A model generated the notes under the pieces. That model was not told the origin of the DNA and did no database searches. It worked only from the letters and a program-made list of their open reading frames with translations. A stretch of DNA of 64,000 bases from Myxococcota bacterium (lineage in GTDB: Bacteria > Myxococcota_A > UBA9160 > SZUA-336). A program made the translations under genes and the position numbers. Below are positions 18,211-28,628 of this stretch, in pieces. The stretch covers positions 1,920,001 through 1,984,000 of the forward strand of contig CBDFGR010000003.1 in assembly GCA_965247115.1 (NCBI GenBank), read 5' to 3'. Numbering within the stretch: the stretch's first letter is position 1; every line of letters starts with the position of its first letter.

Positions 18211-18274
18211 CGTCAGTCCCTCCACGTGCAGCGCGTGGCCGAACGGAGCGGGAGGGTGGTACTCTCCGGCGCCT

Positions 18275-19102
18275 ATGTCCAATCCTTTTTCCCGCGCGGA
18301 GGGAACTCTGGGGGTCGATCTGGGCGCGACTCTCTGCAAGCTGGCGCTCCCCACGGAGAAAGGCGCACGGACAGCGCAGCTGCCGAGCAGCAATCTCGAG
18401 GGCATCCTCGCCCGTATCCGGGAGTGGGAGCCCCAGCGCATTGCGGCCACGGGCGGAGGCAGCTCGAGGCTGGAGGCGACCCTCGGCGAGCTCTCCGTTA
18501 CGAGCGTGCCGGAGTTCGAAGCCTGGGCGTCTGGCGCCCCGATCCTCGCGGAGCGCGGAGGCGAGAAGCTACCCGACCGCTACCTGCTGGTCAGTCTGGG
18601 GACGGGGACATCCGTGCTCTCCGTCGACTCGAACGGGGTGAAGCGGGTCGGCGGCAGCGCCCTGGGCGGAGGAACCTTGCTCGGACTCGCCAGGCTGCTG
18701 CTCGACGTGGACAGCTTCGCCGAGCTGGCCGCCTTGGCCGATCGTGGCGACCGGCGGGGCGTTGATCTCCTGGTCGGCGACATCTACAGCGGCCCCGGCG
18801 AATCGCCACTGCCGCGCGACCTGAACGCCGCGCACTTTGCCAAGCTCGACTCGCGGCGCCCCGAAGACATCGCGCACGCCCTGATGGGGCTGATCGGCGA
18901 GAACATCGGCTTGATCTGTGGCGAGCTCACGCGATCGCACTCGGCGGAGCTGGTCGTCTACTGCGGCTCCACCTTCGCTGCGAATCCTGCGCTCGAAGCA
19001 ATCCTCGGCCAGGTCTCCAGCTACTACGGCTGCCGGACACGCTTCCTCGAGGACGGAGCCTTCTGCGGCGCGGTCGGGGCGGCGGCACTCGCGGGGTCGT
19101 GA
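18275..19102 (+). CDS. Type II (Fumble/CoaW-like) pantothenate kinase
   Basis: GVDLGATLCK, ATGGG, LVSLGTGTS, RVGGSALGGGT, VDLLVGDIY, GAVGA. Confidence 0.82.
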   Translation: MSNPFSRAEGTLGVDLGATLCKLALPTEKGARTAQLPSSNLEGILARIREWEPQRIAATGGGSSRLEATLGELSVTSVPEFEAWASGAPILAERGGEKLPDRYLLVSLGTGTSVLSVDSNGVKRVGGSALGGGTLLGLARLLLDVDSFAELAALADRGDRRGVDLLVGDIYSGPGESPLPRDLNAAHFAKLDSRRPEDIAHALMGLIGENIGLICGELTRSHSAELVVYCGSTFAANPALEAILGQVSSYYGCRTRFLEDGAFCGAVGAAALAGS

Positions 19103-20211
19103 ACCAGGTTCCAGAGGTCGCGGTCATCGGGGCCGGCGTGGTGGGATTGGCGTGCGGTGCTGCGCTCGCGCGCCACGGACATCGCGTCGTTCTGCTCGAA
19201 CGACACGGCTCACCGGGCCAGGAGACCTCCACCAGAAACAGCCAGGTCATCCACGCCGGGCTCTACTATCCAACGAATTCGCTCAAGGCGCTCTGCTGCG
19301 TGGAGGGCCGCGAGCGGCTCTACCGACGCTGCGAGGAGTACAACATCCCGCACCGCCGCACGGGCAAGCTCGTCGTTGCCACGGAGGTGCAGGAGCAGGA
19401 GGCACTCGAAAGGATCGCGGAGCTCGGCTCGGCGAACGGTGCGGGCGCGCTCGAGCTCCTGGCCGGGGACGAGATCCACCGTCGCGAGCCGCGCGTCCGC
19501 GCTTGTGCGGGCCTCTGGTCGCCGGAGTCCGGCATCGTGGACGCGCACCAGCTGCTCGCGAGCTACCAGGCGGAGCTCGAATCCCACGGCTCGGAAGTCG
19601 TGTTCCAGACCCGCGTGGAGGGACTTACACGGGCTGGTGATCTCTGGCGGGTCGACACCCGCTTTGACGGTGAAGAGCCGTTCGAGCTGCACGTTCCCTG
19701 GGTCGTGAATGCGGCCGGCCTGGATGCTGATCGCATCGCGACGCTGGCGGGACTCGACGCGGTGGAGCTCGGATACCGAGTCTGGCGGTGCAAGGGCGAC
19801 TACTTCAGTGTTGCTCCTGCGCTGGGTGCGCTCACCCGACACCTCGTCTATCCCGTTCCGGGACAGGCCGGACTGGGAATTCATGTCACACTCGACCTCG
19901 GGGGACGCTTCCTGCTCGGGCCGGACGTCGAATACGTCGATCGCATCTCCTACGACGTCGATCCCGGCAAGGCCGAACATTTTGCGAGCGCGGTGCGACG
20001 CTACCTCCCCGAGCTCAGAGCGGAGCACCTGTCTCCCGAGATGGCGGGCATCCGACCCAAGCTGCAGGCGCCGGGCGAGCCGTTCCGAGACTTCGTCATC
20101 GCCGAGGAATCGGCACACGGTTGCCCGGGACTGGTGAACCTGCTCGGTATCGAGTCGCCGGGACTCACCGCGGCCGATGCGATCGCGGAGCGTGTCGTAG
20201 CGCTGTTATGA
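19099..20211 (+). CDS. FAD-dependent oxidoreductase, L-2-hydroxyglutarate oxidase family
   Basis: IGAGVVGLA, ETSTRNSQVIHAGLYY, GIRPKL, GIESPGLT. Confidence 0.88.
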   Translation: MNQVPEVAVIGAGVVGLACGAALARHGHRVVLLERHGSPGQETSTRNSQVIHAGLYYPTNSLKALCCVEGRERLYRRCEEYNIPHRRTGKLVVATEVQEQEALERIAELGSANGAGALELLAGDEIHRREPRVRACAGLWSPESGIVDAHQLLASYQAELESHGSEVVFQTRVEGLTRAGDLWRVDTRFDGEEPFELHVPWVVNAAGLDADRIATLAGLDAVELGYRVWRCKGDYFSVAPALGALTRHLVYPVPGQAGLGIHVTLDLGGRFLLGPDVEYVDRISYDVDPGKAEHFASAVRRYLPELRAEHLSPEMAGIRPKLQAPGEPFRDFVIAEESAHGCPGLVNLLGIESPGLTAADAIAERVVALL

Positions 20212-20236
20212 TCACAAGCCACCAGAGGAGACCGGA

Positions 20237-21346
20237 ATGAGCCTGCGAACGACGCTTTGCGACGTGGTGGGAATCGAGGTGCCGATCGTGCTGGCGGGAA
20301 TGGGCGGAGCGTCCAGCCCCCGACTCGCGGCGGCCGTCTCGAACGCCGGCGGTCTCGGCATCCTCGGCGCGGCCGGCTGCGGACCCGACCAGCTCCGCAA
20401 GTGGATCGCGGAGACTCGGAGCCTGACGGACAAGCCATTCGGCGTCGACACGCTGCTGCCCGCCTCCGTGCGCCGCCAGCCCAAGGAACAGCCCAAGGGA
20501 CCCTCGCCGCTCGACGAGCTGCCAGAGCACCAGAAGTTCGCGCAGGAGTTCATGAAGAGGGAGAAGCTCGAAGCGCCAGCTGCAGGCGCTGATCAAGGGC
20601 AAAGCGGTCGACCCGCGTTCTCGAAGGACTTCTTCGAGTCGCAGATGGAGGTCGTGCTCGAGGAGCAGGTCCCGGTCTACGCGGCTGGGCTCGGTAGCCC
20701 GGGTCCCTACGTAGAGAGGCTGCACAAGAACGGCACGATGGTCATGGCAGTAGTGGGAGCCGTGCGGCATGCGCGCCGGGTCAGGGAAGACGGGATCGAC
20801 GTGATCGTGGCTCAGGGACACGACGCGGGCGGACACAACTCGCCCATCGGGACGATCGCCCTCATCCCCCAGGTCGTGGACGCGGCCGGCGACATCCCCG
20901 TGATTGCCGCCGGCGGGATCGGAGACGGGCGCGGGGTCGCGGCCGCCATGATGCTCGGGGCGGTCGGGGCCTGGATTGGGACGGCCTTCCTGGCCACCGA
21001 GGAGGCCAACCTCCTGCCGCATCAGAAGCAGGCGCTCCTGGACAGCAGCGAGGAGAGCACGAGCATCTCCAAGTCCGTGACAGGGAAGCCAGCGCGACTG
21101 ATCCGCAACAAGTGGACCCAGGCCTACGCGGAGAGCGGCCTAGAGCCGCTGCCAATGCCGTTCCAGTCGATGGTCTCCGGCCCGGTGATGGTGGCAGGCT
21201 CCGCGGCCGGCCGGATCGACATCACGCCGGGCTTCGCCGGCCAGGGGGTCGGGATGATCGAGAAGATCCGCCCGGCAGCCGAGGTCCTGGCGGACATCGT
21301 CGCGGGGGCCGAGCTGGCTCTCTCCCGGGCCAAGGACGTCATCTGA
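20237..21346 (+). CDS. Nitronate monooxygenase / FabK-like flavoprotein
   Basis: PIVLAGMG, AVSNAGGLG, QGHDAGGH, AAGGIGDGRG, GTAFLATEE, AGQG. Confidence 0.88.
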   Translation: MSLRTTLCDVVGIEVPIVLAGMGGASSPRLAAAVSNAGGLGILGAAGCGPDQLRKWIAETRSLTDKPFGVDTLLPASVRRQPKEQPKGPSPLDELPEHQKFAQEFMKREKLEAPAAGADQGQSGRPAFSKDFFESQMEVVLEEQVPVYAAGLGSPGPYVERLHKNGTMVMAVVGAVRHARRVREDGIDVIVAQGHDAGGHNSPIGTIALIPQVVDAAGDIPVIAAGGIGDGRGVAAAMMLGAVGAWIGTAFLATEEANLLPHQKQALLDSSEESTSISKSVTGKPARLIRNKWTQAYAESGLEPLPMPFQSMVSGPVMVAGSAAGRIDITPGFAGQGVGMIEKIRPAAEVLADIVAGAELALSRAKDVI

Positions 21347-21353
21347 GCCAGCG

Positions 21354-21381
21354 TTGACGGGCTTGCGGATTGGCGTAGACT
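21354..21381 (+). promoter_or_regulatory. sigma70-type promoter of rplU-rpmA
   Basis: TTGACG-N16-TAGACT, 10 nt before the rplU ATG. Confidence 0.65.
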
Positions 21382-21391
21382 CCGCGCCCCC

Positions 21392-21703
21392 ATGTATGCG
21401 GTCGTAAAGACAGGCGGAAAGCAGGTTCGCGTCTCGGAAGGAGACGTCCTCAACGTCGAACGCCTTGCCGGTGAGGCGGGCGAGACGATAGAGCTCGCCG
21501 AGGTGCTCCTCGTGGGGGGCGACCCGATCCGGATCGGCACACCGCTCGTCGATGGGGCCCGCGTTCTGGCCAGGATCGAGGGTGCCGCGAGCGGACCGAA
21601 GCTGCGGATCTTCAAACACAAGCGGCGCAAGCGCTACAGGCAGCGCGGGGGCCACCGTCAGCACTACACTCGAGTCGTGATCGAGTCGATCGAGGTCTCC
21701 TAG
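21392..21703 (+). CDS. rplU: 50S ribosomal protein L21
   Basis: MYAVVKTGGKQ.RV, FKHKRRKRY...GHRQHYT. Confidence 0.98.
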   Translation: MYAVVKTGGKQVRVSEGDVLNVERLAGEAGETIELAEVLLVGGDPIRIGTPLVDGARVLARIEGAASGPKLRIFKHKRRKRYRQRGGHRQHYTRVVIESIEVS

Positions 21704-21952
21704 ATGTCGCACAAGAAGGGACAGGGCAGCACTCGCAACGGGCGTGACAGCAGCGGTCAGCGGCGCGGTGTCAAGATCTACAGCGGTCAAGCAGTGCTGG
21801 CCGGGAACATCCTGGTCCGCCAGCTCGGCACCAAGATTCATCCCGGTCGCGGCGTCGGGGTGGGGCGGGACCACACTCTCTTCGCCCTCAAGAACGGAAC
21901 CGCGCGCTACTACACCTCCAAGAAGCAGACGCTCGTAGCCATCGACTCCTGA
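21704..21952 (+). CDS. rpmA: 50S ribosomal protein L27
   Basis: [35 protein letters not shown]. Confidence 0.98.
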   Translation: MSHKKGQGSTRNGRDSSGQRRGVKIYSGQAVLAGNILVRQLGTKIHPGRGVGVGRDHTLFALKNGTARYYTSKKQTLVAIDS

Positions 21953-22016
21953 CCGCGCCCGCTCGAGACGCCCGCAGACTGGGGTCGCTGCGCCCTACCA
22001 GGTGACCTGCGCGACT

Positions 22017-23036
22017 ATGGCTGCTCCCGACTTCATCGACGAGTGCAGAATCTCGGTCCAGGCCGGAAACGGAGGCCAGGGCTGCGCGTCGTTTCGCCGC
22101 GAGAAGTTCGTGCCGCGCGGCGGACCCGACGGCGGCAACGGGGGCCGCGGCGGCTCCGTCATCCTCGAGGGCAGTGCCGGTCTCTCGACCCTGTACGACG
22201 CACGGCATCGCAAGAGCTACCGCGCCAGGAACGGGGCTCGCGGCGCAGGTGCGCGCAAGAACGGGGCGTCGGGCCCGGACGTGGTCCTGCGTCTCCCGCT
22301 CGGGACCGTGATCCGCGCGGACTCCGGAGAGCTGCTTCACGAGCTGCTCCGCAACGAGGAGCAGTTCGTAGCTGCCAGGGGAGGTCGTGGCGGACGTGGC
22401 AACGCCAGCTTTGCCAGCTCAACGAACCAGTCCCCCCACAACGCCGATCCCGGTGAGCCCGGCGAGGGCTGCTGGCTGCGACTGGAGCTCAAGCTGCTGG
22501 CAGACGTGGGCCTGCTCGGGTTCCCCAACGCGGGCAAGTCAACCCTCATCGCACGGGTATCCGCGGCGCGACCGAGGGTCGCGAGCTACCCCTTCACGAC
22601 TCTCCGACCCCAGCTCGGAGCCGTTGAGCACGGCGAGGCGCGCTTCGTGATGGCGGACATCCCCGGTCTGATTCCCGGGGCACACCTGGGTGCGGGCCTG
22701 GGCGACCGATTTCTGCGTCACGTCGAGCGAACCCGCGTGCTCGTCCACCTGCTCGACCCTGAGCCCGGCATCTCTGGCGGTTCCCCCGAGCGCAGCCCCG
22801 AGCGCGACTACGCCGCGCTCCGCGCCGAGCTCCGAGCCTACGCGGAGGAGCTCGCCGGCCGCCCCGAGATCGTGTGTGTGACCAAGGCGGACCTGGTGCC
22901 GAAGCCCGCAGACAGGAAGCGGATCGAGGCTCTCCTCGAGGCCCACTCCCTGACCCCGCACTGGCTCTCCTCGGTCACGGGCGAGGGTGTCCGGGAGCTG
23001 GTGCAACGGCTCGCAGCAGAGGTGGGCAGAGCGTGA
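22017..23036 (+). CDS. obgE: GTPase Obg
   Basis: FRREKFVPRGGPDGG, LKLLADVGL.GFPNAGKST, YPFTT, DIPGL. Confidence 0.97.
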   Translation: MAAPDFIDECRISVQAGNGGQGCASFRREKFVPRGGPDGGNGGRGGSVILEGSAGLSTLYDARHRKSYRARNGARGAGARKNGASGPDVVLRLPLGTVIRADSGELLHELLRNEEQFVAARGGRGGRGNASFASSTNQSPHNADPGEPGEGCWLRLELKLLADVGLLGFPNAGKSTLIARVSAARPRVASYPFTTLRPQLGAVEHGEARFVMADIPGLIPGAHLGAGLGDRFLRHVERTRVLVHLLDPEPGISGGSPERSPERDYAALRAELRAYAEELAGRPEIVCVTKADLVPKPADRKRIEALLEAHSLTPHWLSSVTGEGVRELVQRLAAEVGRA

Positions 23037-24151
23037 AGCGGAGCGCGCTCGGCTCTGTGCGACGGATCGTGGTCAAGGTCGGCACGTCGCTCCTGACTCC
23101 GCCGGCAGCGGGCGTCGACGCACGCCGCTTCTCGGCGCTTGCGGGTGAGATCGCGGAGCTGATGGACCGAGGGCACGAGATCGTGCTCGTCGCGTCTGGA
23201 GCGGTTGGGCTGGGAGTGCGCCGGCTCGGCTCGAACAGCCGGCCCGTGTCGATTCCCGAGAAGCAGGCAGCTGCCGCGATCGGTCAGATCGACCTGTGTC
23301 GCCGCTTCGAACGCGCGTTCGCCCGCAAGAACCGGCTCGTCGGACAGCTGCTGCTCACGCACCTGGGCCTATCGCAGCGCGAGCGCTTCTTAAACGCGCG
23401 ACACACGCTCCAGGCGCTGATCCGGCAGGGTGTCGTGCCACTCATCAACGAGAACGACACGGTTGCGACCGAAGAGCTGCGCTTCGGGGACAACGACGAG
23501 CTTGCCGCTCTGGTGGTCAACAGCTGTGGCGCCGGACTGCTCATCCTCCTGACCGATACCGATGGACTGTACGACCGACCGCCCGGCGAGAGTGGGGCCC
23601 GGCGCATTGCGGAGATCGAGGAGGTCACGCCTCGCGTGCTGCGCCTTGCAAGCGGCGTGGGCTCGGAGCTTGCGCGGGGAGGCATGCGCTCCAAGCTCGA
23701 GGCTGCGCGGGCAGCGGCGCGCTTCGGCGTGCCCACGGTGATCGCAGACGGGCGGCGTCGCGACACTCTGAGCCGGATCACCCTTGGGGAGGACGTCGGG
23801 ACCCTCGTCCAGCCAGCGCCCAACCAGCTCTCGGCCCGAAAACACTGGATCGCGTTCTCGCAGAAGACCCGCGGCACGCTGCACCTCGACGCGGGAGCCG
23901 TGCGTGCATTGTGCGAGAGGGGTGGAAGCCTGCTCCCCATCGGCGTGGTCGGAGCTAGCGGCAAGTTCCGGATCGGCGACCTGGTGAGCTGTGTCGCCGA
24001 AGGCGGCAGGGAAGTCGCCCGCGGCCTGACCTCGTACGACGCGATCGAAACCGAGGTGATCAAGGGCCACCGCACGTCGCAGATAGCAAGGCTACTGGGG
24101 TACTCGAACGGCGGCGAGATCATCCACCGCGACGACCTGATCCTGCTGTGA
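23033..24151 (+). CDS. proB: Glutamate 5-kinase
   Basis: VVKVGTS, INENDTV, FGDND, GGMRSK, PUA domain. Confidence 0.96.
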   Translation: MKRSALGSVRRIVVKVGTSLLTPPAAGVDARRFSALAGEIAELMDRGHEIVLVASGAVGLGVRRLGSNSRPVSIPEKQAAAAIGQIDLCRRFERAFARKNRLVGQLLLTHLGLSQRERFLNARHTLQALIRQGVVPLINENDTVATEELRFGDNDELAALVVNSCGAGLLILLTDTDGLYDRPPGESGARRIAEIEEVTPRVLRLASGVGSELARGGMRSKLEAARAAARFGVPTVIADGRRRDTLSRITLGEDVGTLVQPAPNQLSARKHWIAFSQKTRGTLHLDAGAVRALCERGGSLLPIGVVGASGKFRIGDLVSCVAEGGREVARGLTSYDAIETEVIKGHRTSQIARLLGYSNGGEIIHRDDLILL

Positions 24152-24170
24152 GGCCTGCTAAAATGGGCCA

Positions 24171-25427
24171 ATGCAGCGCATGGATCTCGTAAGGGACCTG
24201 ACGAGCCGGGCGCGGGCCGCGGCCGATCTGGTCGCCGAGCTGCCTTCGGACGTCAAGGACGCCGCTCTGCGGCGCGCGGCCGACAGACTCGAGCGGGGAA
24301 CGGAGCTGCTGCTCGCAGAGAACGCGCGCGACCTCGAGATGGCGCGGGAGAACGGGCTCGCAGAAGCCCTGATCGATCGCCTCACGTTGACCAAAGAGCG
24401 CGTCGGCGCCATCGCCGAGGGTCTGCGCCAGGTCGCGTCCCTGCCCGATCCGGTGGGCGAGGTCACGAGCATGTGGAACCGACCGAGCGGCCTACAGGTC
24501 GGTCGCATGCGCATCCCCCTCGGGGTGATCATGGTGATCTACGAGTCGCGCCCCAATGTCACCGCCGACGTGGCCGCGCTGTGCCTCAAGAGTGGCAACG
24601 CCACGCTACTCCGCGGAGGTTCCGAGGCGATCCACTCCAACCGGGCCATCGCCGAGCTCCTGTCCGCTGCCATTGCGGAGTGCGGAGTCTCGACCGATGC
24701 GGTCCAGCTCGTACCGAAGACGGACCGCGAAATCGTCGACCTCCTGCTCGAGCAGGAAGACGAGATCGACCTGGTCATTCCCAGGGGAGGCGAGGGACTC
24801 ATTCGCAGGGTTTCGGAAAAGTCGCGCATCCCGGTGATCAAGCACTACGCCGGAGTGTGTCACGTGTATCTGGACGAATTCGCTGAGCCCAAGATGGCAC
24901 GCGACATCGCGATCAACTCGAAGTGTCAGCGCGTCGCGGTCTGCAATGCAGCGGAGACGCTTCTGGTGCACGCTTCTCTTGCAGACTCGCTCTTGCCCGG
25001 CCTGCTGGGCGAGATGCAGGGACTCGGGGTCGAGCTGCGCGGCTGCGAGCGAACGCAGCAGCTCTTCCCGGACGCACTGCCGGCCAGCGAAGAAGACTGG
25101 CGGACGGAGTACCTGGACAAGATCCTCTCTGTCCGAGTGGTCGATTCCATGGACCAGGCGATCGACCACATTCGCAGCTATGGCTCGAATCACACGGAAG
25201 CCATCGTGACCGAAGACCTCAGTCGCGCGCGCCAGTTCGTTCGCAGGGTCAACTCGAGCTCGGTGTTCGTGAACGCGAGCACACGCTTCTCGGACGGCTT
25301 TCAGCTCGGGCTCGGCGCCGAGGTCGGCGTCTCGACCACGAAGATGCACTGGTTCGGGCCGATGGGACTCGAGGGGCTCACGACGCAGAAGTTCATCGCG
25401 TTCGGTGAGGGAACCATCCTCGAGTGA
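24171..25427 (+). CDS. proA: Glutamate-5-semialdehyde dehydrogenase
   Basis: IYESRPNVT, IPRGG, CNAAET, NASTRFSDG, GPMGL. Confidence 0.97.
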   Translation: MQRMDLVRDLTSRARAAADLVAELPSDVKDAALRRAADRLERGTELLLAENARDLEMARENGLAEALIDRLTLTKERVGAIAEGLRQVASLPDPVGEVTSMWNRPSGLQVGRMRIPLGVIMVIYESRPNVTADVAALCLKSGNATLLRGGSEAIHSNRAIAELLSAAIAECGVSTDAVQLVPKTDREIVDLLLEQEDEIDLVIPRGGEGLIRRVSEKSRIPVIKHYAGVCHVYLDEFAEPKMARDIAINSKCQRVAVCNAAETLLVHASLADSLLPGLLGEMQGLGVELRGCERTQQLFPDALPASEEDWRTEYLDKILSVRVVDSMDQAIDHIRSYGSNHTEAIVTEDLSRARQFVRRVNSSSVFVNASTRFSDGFQLGLGAEVGVSTTKMHWFGPMGLEGLTTQKFIAFGEGTILE

Positions 25428-26062
25428 GCCGGGGCGTCCTCGGCGGTACCTTCAATCCGGTCCACCTCGCGCACTTGCGTCTGGCAGAGGTGGCCAGGGA
25501 GACGCTCGGTCTCGAGCACGTCCTGTTCGTCCCCGCCGGCGAGCCGCCGCTCAAGTCGGAGGGCATCGCGCCCGCTGGCGATCGCCTCTGCATGCTGAAG
25601 CGCGCCACCGCCTCGAACCCCGCCTTTGGTGTGCTGGACCTGGAGCTCTCGAGAGCCGGTCCGAGCTACACCGTGGACACGCTTCGCGAGCTCGCCAGAG
25701 ACCCCGGCGCTGCGCCACTCTGGTTCATCCTCGGCAGCGACGCGCTGGCCGACATGGAGCGCTGGGTACAGCCCGCGACGCTCCTCACCCTCGCGAGCTT
25801 CGCCGTCGTCGAGCGGGCCGGGCTTCGGGGCTCTCCGCGAGAGCTCTTGCCCGCTTCCCTGGCCGCGAGCTTTCGAGACGGGCCGGACGGGCTGGTCCAC
25901 GAGTCGGGGACCGAGCTGCGGGTGCTCCCGTTTGCGCCGCTCCGCATCTCCGCCAGCGAGATCCGGGAGCGGGTCGCGCGCGGAGAGTCGATCCGGTACC
26001 TCGTTCCCGACCCGGTCATCGACTACATCGAGAAGCACCAGCTCTATCGGGTGACTGCTTGA
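25424..26062 (+). CDS. nadD: Nicotinate-nucleotide adenylyltransferase
   Basis: GGTFNPVHLAH, SYTVDTL, ISASEIR. Confidence 0.94.
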   Translation: MSRGVLGGTFNPVHLAHLRLAEVARETLGLEHVLFVPAGEPPLKSEGIAPAGDRLCMLKRATASNPAFGVLDLELSRAGPSYTVDTLRELARDPGAAPLWFILGSDALADMERWVQPATLLTLASFAVVERAGLRGSPRELLPASLAASFRDGPDGLVHESGTELRVLPFAPLRISASEIRERVARGESIRYLVPDPVIDYIEKHQLYRVTA

Positions 26063-26421
26063 AGGCAAAGCAAAAGGCACTGGCCCTGGCAGAAGCTGTG
26101 GCGGACAAGAAGGGCGAGGACCTCCAGATCCTGGACCTTCGCGAGCTGTGCTCGTTCACCGATTATTTCCTCATCGCCACCGGAACGTCAGAGCGACACC
26201 TGCGGACCCTCGCCGAGGCCAGCGTCGAGACGAGCGCCAAGCTCGGGGACAAGGCGCTCGGAGTCGAAGGCCAGGAGTCGGCGCGCTGGATCCTGGTCGA
26301 CCTCGGCGACGTAATCGTTCACCTGTTTCGCGAGGACGCCCGCGAGTTCTTTGGACTGGAGCGCCTGTGGGGTGAGGCCGAGGCTGTGGAGCTACCGCGC
26401 GTCGCAGGAGCCGCGCGTTGA
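26059..26421 (+). CDS. rsfS: Ribosome silencing factor
   Basis: DKKGED, TDYFLIATG.SERH, WILVDLGDVIVH.F, LERLW; TTG start inferred. Confidence 0.93.
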   Translation: MKAKQKALALAEAVADKKGEDLQILDLRELCSFTDYFLIATGTSERHLRTLAEASVETSAKLGDKALGVEGQESARWILVDLGDVIVHLFREDAREFFGLERLWGEAEAVELPRVAGAAR

Positions 26422-27956
26422 GCGGAGGGGGCCCGGTCTGCCTGGTCGTCCTCGACGGCTTCGGAGTCGGCGACGGGGGCAGAGCAGACGCCACGGCTCT
26501 CGCGGACACCCCGTTCCTGAGGCGCGCGCGCGAGCTCTACCCCTACGCCGTGCTGGATACCTCCGGGCCCGCGGTTGGCCTCCCCCCGGGCCAGATGGGC
26601 AACTCCGAAGTGGGGCACATGACACTCGGAGCCGGGCGTGTCGTCGAGCAGGACCTAGCTCTGATCCAGAAGGCCATCGCGGGCGGAGAGCTCGCCACCA
26701 ACGCGGTACTGCAGGACCTCCTTGCACGGTCCGAGCGACGCGGCGGGACGCTGCATCTATTGGGATTGATCTCCGACGGGTGCGTGCACAGCTCCCTCGA
26801 TCACCTGTACGGGATCCTGGACCTGCTCGGCTCCCGCGGGGTCCGGCCCGTCCTTCACGCCTTTACCGATGGTCGCGACACTCCACCGAGGAGCGCGCGC
26901 GACTTTGTCGAGCCGCTGGAGGCAAGGCTGCACGAGCTGGGCGGCTGCATCGCCACGGTTTCCGGACGCTACTTTGCCATGGACCGCGACCAGCGCTGGG
27001 ATCGCGTCGCGCGGGCCTATCGGGCGATCGTCTCGCGCGAAGGCCACTCGGCACCAAGCGGTGTGGATGCGATCGAGAGCGCGTACGCGCGCGGAGAGAA
27101 CGACGAGTTCATCGATCCGACCGTCGTGGAGGGCGGACCTCCGCTGGCAGACGGCGACGCATTTCTGTTCTTCAACTTCCGCGCGGATCGCGGCCGCGAA
27201 CTCACGAACGCGCTCACGCGCGCAATGCCAGCGTTGCTCGGGCGCGAAATCTCGGAGCTTCCAAAGCTCGACCTCGCCGCTGCAGCCACGCTCACGATCT
27301 ACGACCAGGCTTGGACGCTCCCCGCGCTCTTCCCACAGACGGACGTTCCACACAGTCTGGGAGAGCTCGTCGCAGACGCGGGAAAGCGCCAGCTGCGGAT
27401 CGCGGAAACCGAGAAGTACGCGCACGTGACCTATTTCTTCAGCGGTGGCCGCGAAGAGCCCTTCGCCGGGGAGGACCGCATCCTGATCCCGTCGCCTCGC
27501 GACGTACCGACCTACGATAAGAAGCCGGAGATGAGCGCCGTCCCGGTGACCGACGCGCTACTCGCTGCGCTCGGGAAGACAGCGTACGACTTCGTACTCG
27601 TGAACTACGCGAACCCGGATATGGTCGGGCACTCCGGCGTGATCGACGCCAGCGTGAAAGCCGTCGAGGTGGTCGACGCGTGTCTCGACCGACTCACGAG
27701 CGCCATCCTCGCGCGCGGCGGATCCCTGCTCATCACTGCAGACCACGGCAATGTCGAACAGCTCCTCGACCCCGAGACAGGCTCCGCGCACACGGCGCAT
27801 ACCACGAATCCCGTCCCCCTCTACTGGGTCTCCGACCGAAGCGAGCAGTGTCGGCTCGAGAGCGGCGGGCTCTCCGACGTGGCGGTCAGCCTGTGCAGCT
27901 TGCTGGGACTCGGGCGCGCTCCGGAGATGACGGGAAAGAACCTCTGCTCGGGGTGA
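26418..27956 (+). CDS. gpmI: 2,3-BPG-independent phosphoglycerate mutase
   Basis: GQMGNSEVGH, DGRDT, AETEKYAHVT, NPDMVGHSG, TADHGN. Confidence 0.97.
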   Translation: MSGGGPVCLVVLDGFGVGDGGRADATALADTPFLRRARELYPYAVLDTSGPAVGLPPGQMGNSEVGHMTLGAGRVVEQDLALIQKAIAGGELATNAVLQDLLARSERRGGTLHLLGLISDGCVHSSLDHLYGILDLLGSRGVRPVLHAFTDGRDTPPRSARDFVEPLEARLHELGGCIATVSGRYFAMDRDQRWDRVARAYRAIVSREGHSAPSGVDAIESAYARGENDEFIDPTVVEGGPPLADGDAFLFFNFRADRGRELTNALTRAMPALLGREISELPKLDLAAAATLTIYDQAWTLPALFPQTDVPHSLGELVADAGKRQLRIAETEKYAHVTYFFSGGREEPFAGEDRILIPSPRDVPTYDKKPEMSAVPVTDALLAALGKTAYDFVLVNYANPDMVGHSGVIDASVKAVEVVDACLDRLTSAILARGGSLLITADHGNVEQLLDPETGSAHTAHTTNPVPLYWVSDRSEQCRLESGGLSDVAVSLCSLLGLGRAPEMTGKNLCSG

Positions 27957-28600
27957 GCCTGCTCGAGCTCCTGGTGCCGAGCGTCTGTCCCGCCTGCGAC
28001 CGCTCGCGGGGAGCCGGCGAGCTCCTGCTCTGCGCCGCGTGTGCGTCGCGGCTTCGCACACTTTCGGAGCTCGGCCACGTGGCGACGGCCGTCGCCTACG
28101 AGCGCACCGGCCTGATCCTCGTCCGCCGTTTCAAGTTCGAAGACCGCCGGGACGCCCTGCGCGTGCTGCTCGAGCTGCTGGTGCAACGGGTTCGAAGCCT
28201 CCCGGCGGACGGGATCGTGGCGGTGCCCAGGCATCGGCGGAGGGTGAGGGAACAGGGCAGCGATCCTGTCTGGATCCTGGCGCGAGCGCTGGCCCGGCGT
28301 ACCGGCCTTGAGCTCTTGCGCGGTGCGCTGCACCGCTCGCGGCCGACCCCTCCCCAGGCGGGCCTCGGCCCCGAGGAGCGCCGGCGAAACGTGAGCGGGA
28401 GCTTTCGGTCGCGAGGGAACTTTCGGGGCCGTCGGATCCTCCTGCTGGACGACGTGACCACGACCGGCTCGACCTTGCTGGAGGCTGCCAGAGAGCTGCG
28501 CAGCGCAGCGCGACCCAGACAAGTGATCCCCGTGGCGCTGGCGGGCACCCCGCTGCCGGAAGTAAAGGAGTTGGAAACCGAGCCCGAGTCTGCGCTATAA
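27953..28600 (+). CDS. comF: ComF family protein
   Basis: CPAC...CAAC zinc ribbon; ERRRNV; LLLDDVTTTGST PRTase motif. Confidence 0.85.
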   Translation: MSLLELLVPSVCPACDRSRGAGELLLCAACASRLRTLSELGHVATAVAYERTGLILVRRFKFEDRRDALRVLLELLVQRVRSLPADGIVAVPRHRRRVREQGSDPVWILARALARRTGLELLRGALHRSRPTPPQAGLGPEERRRNVSGSFRSRGNFRGRRILLLDDVTTTGSTLLEAARELRSAARPRQVIPVALAGTPLPEVKELETEPESAL

Positions 28601-28628
28601 AGCAGCCGCTCCCGAGGAGATCCCGCCG

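Noticed and set aside
25424..26062. nadD HLAH instead of HxGH
   Set aside because: Minor variant; the rest of the protein and its context are canonical
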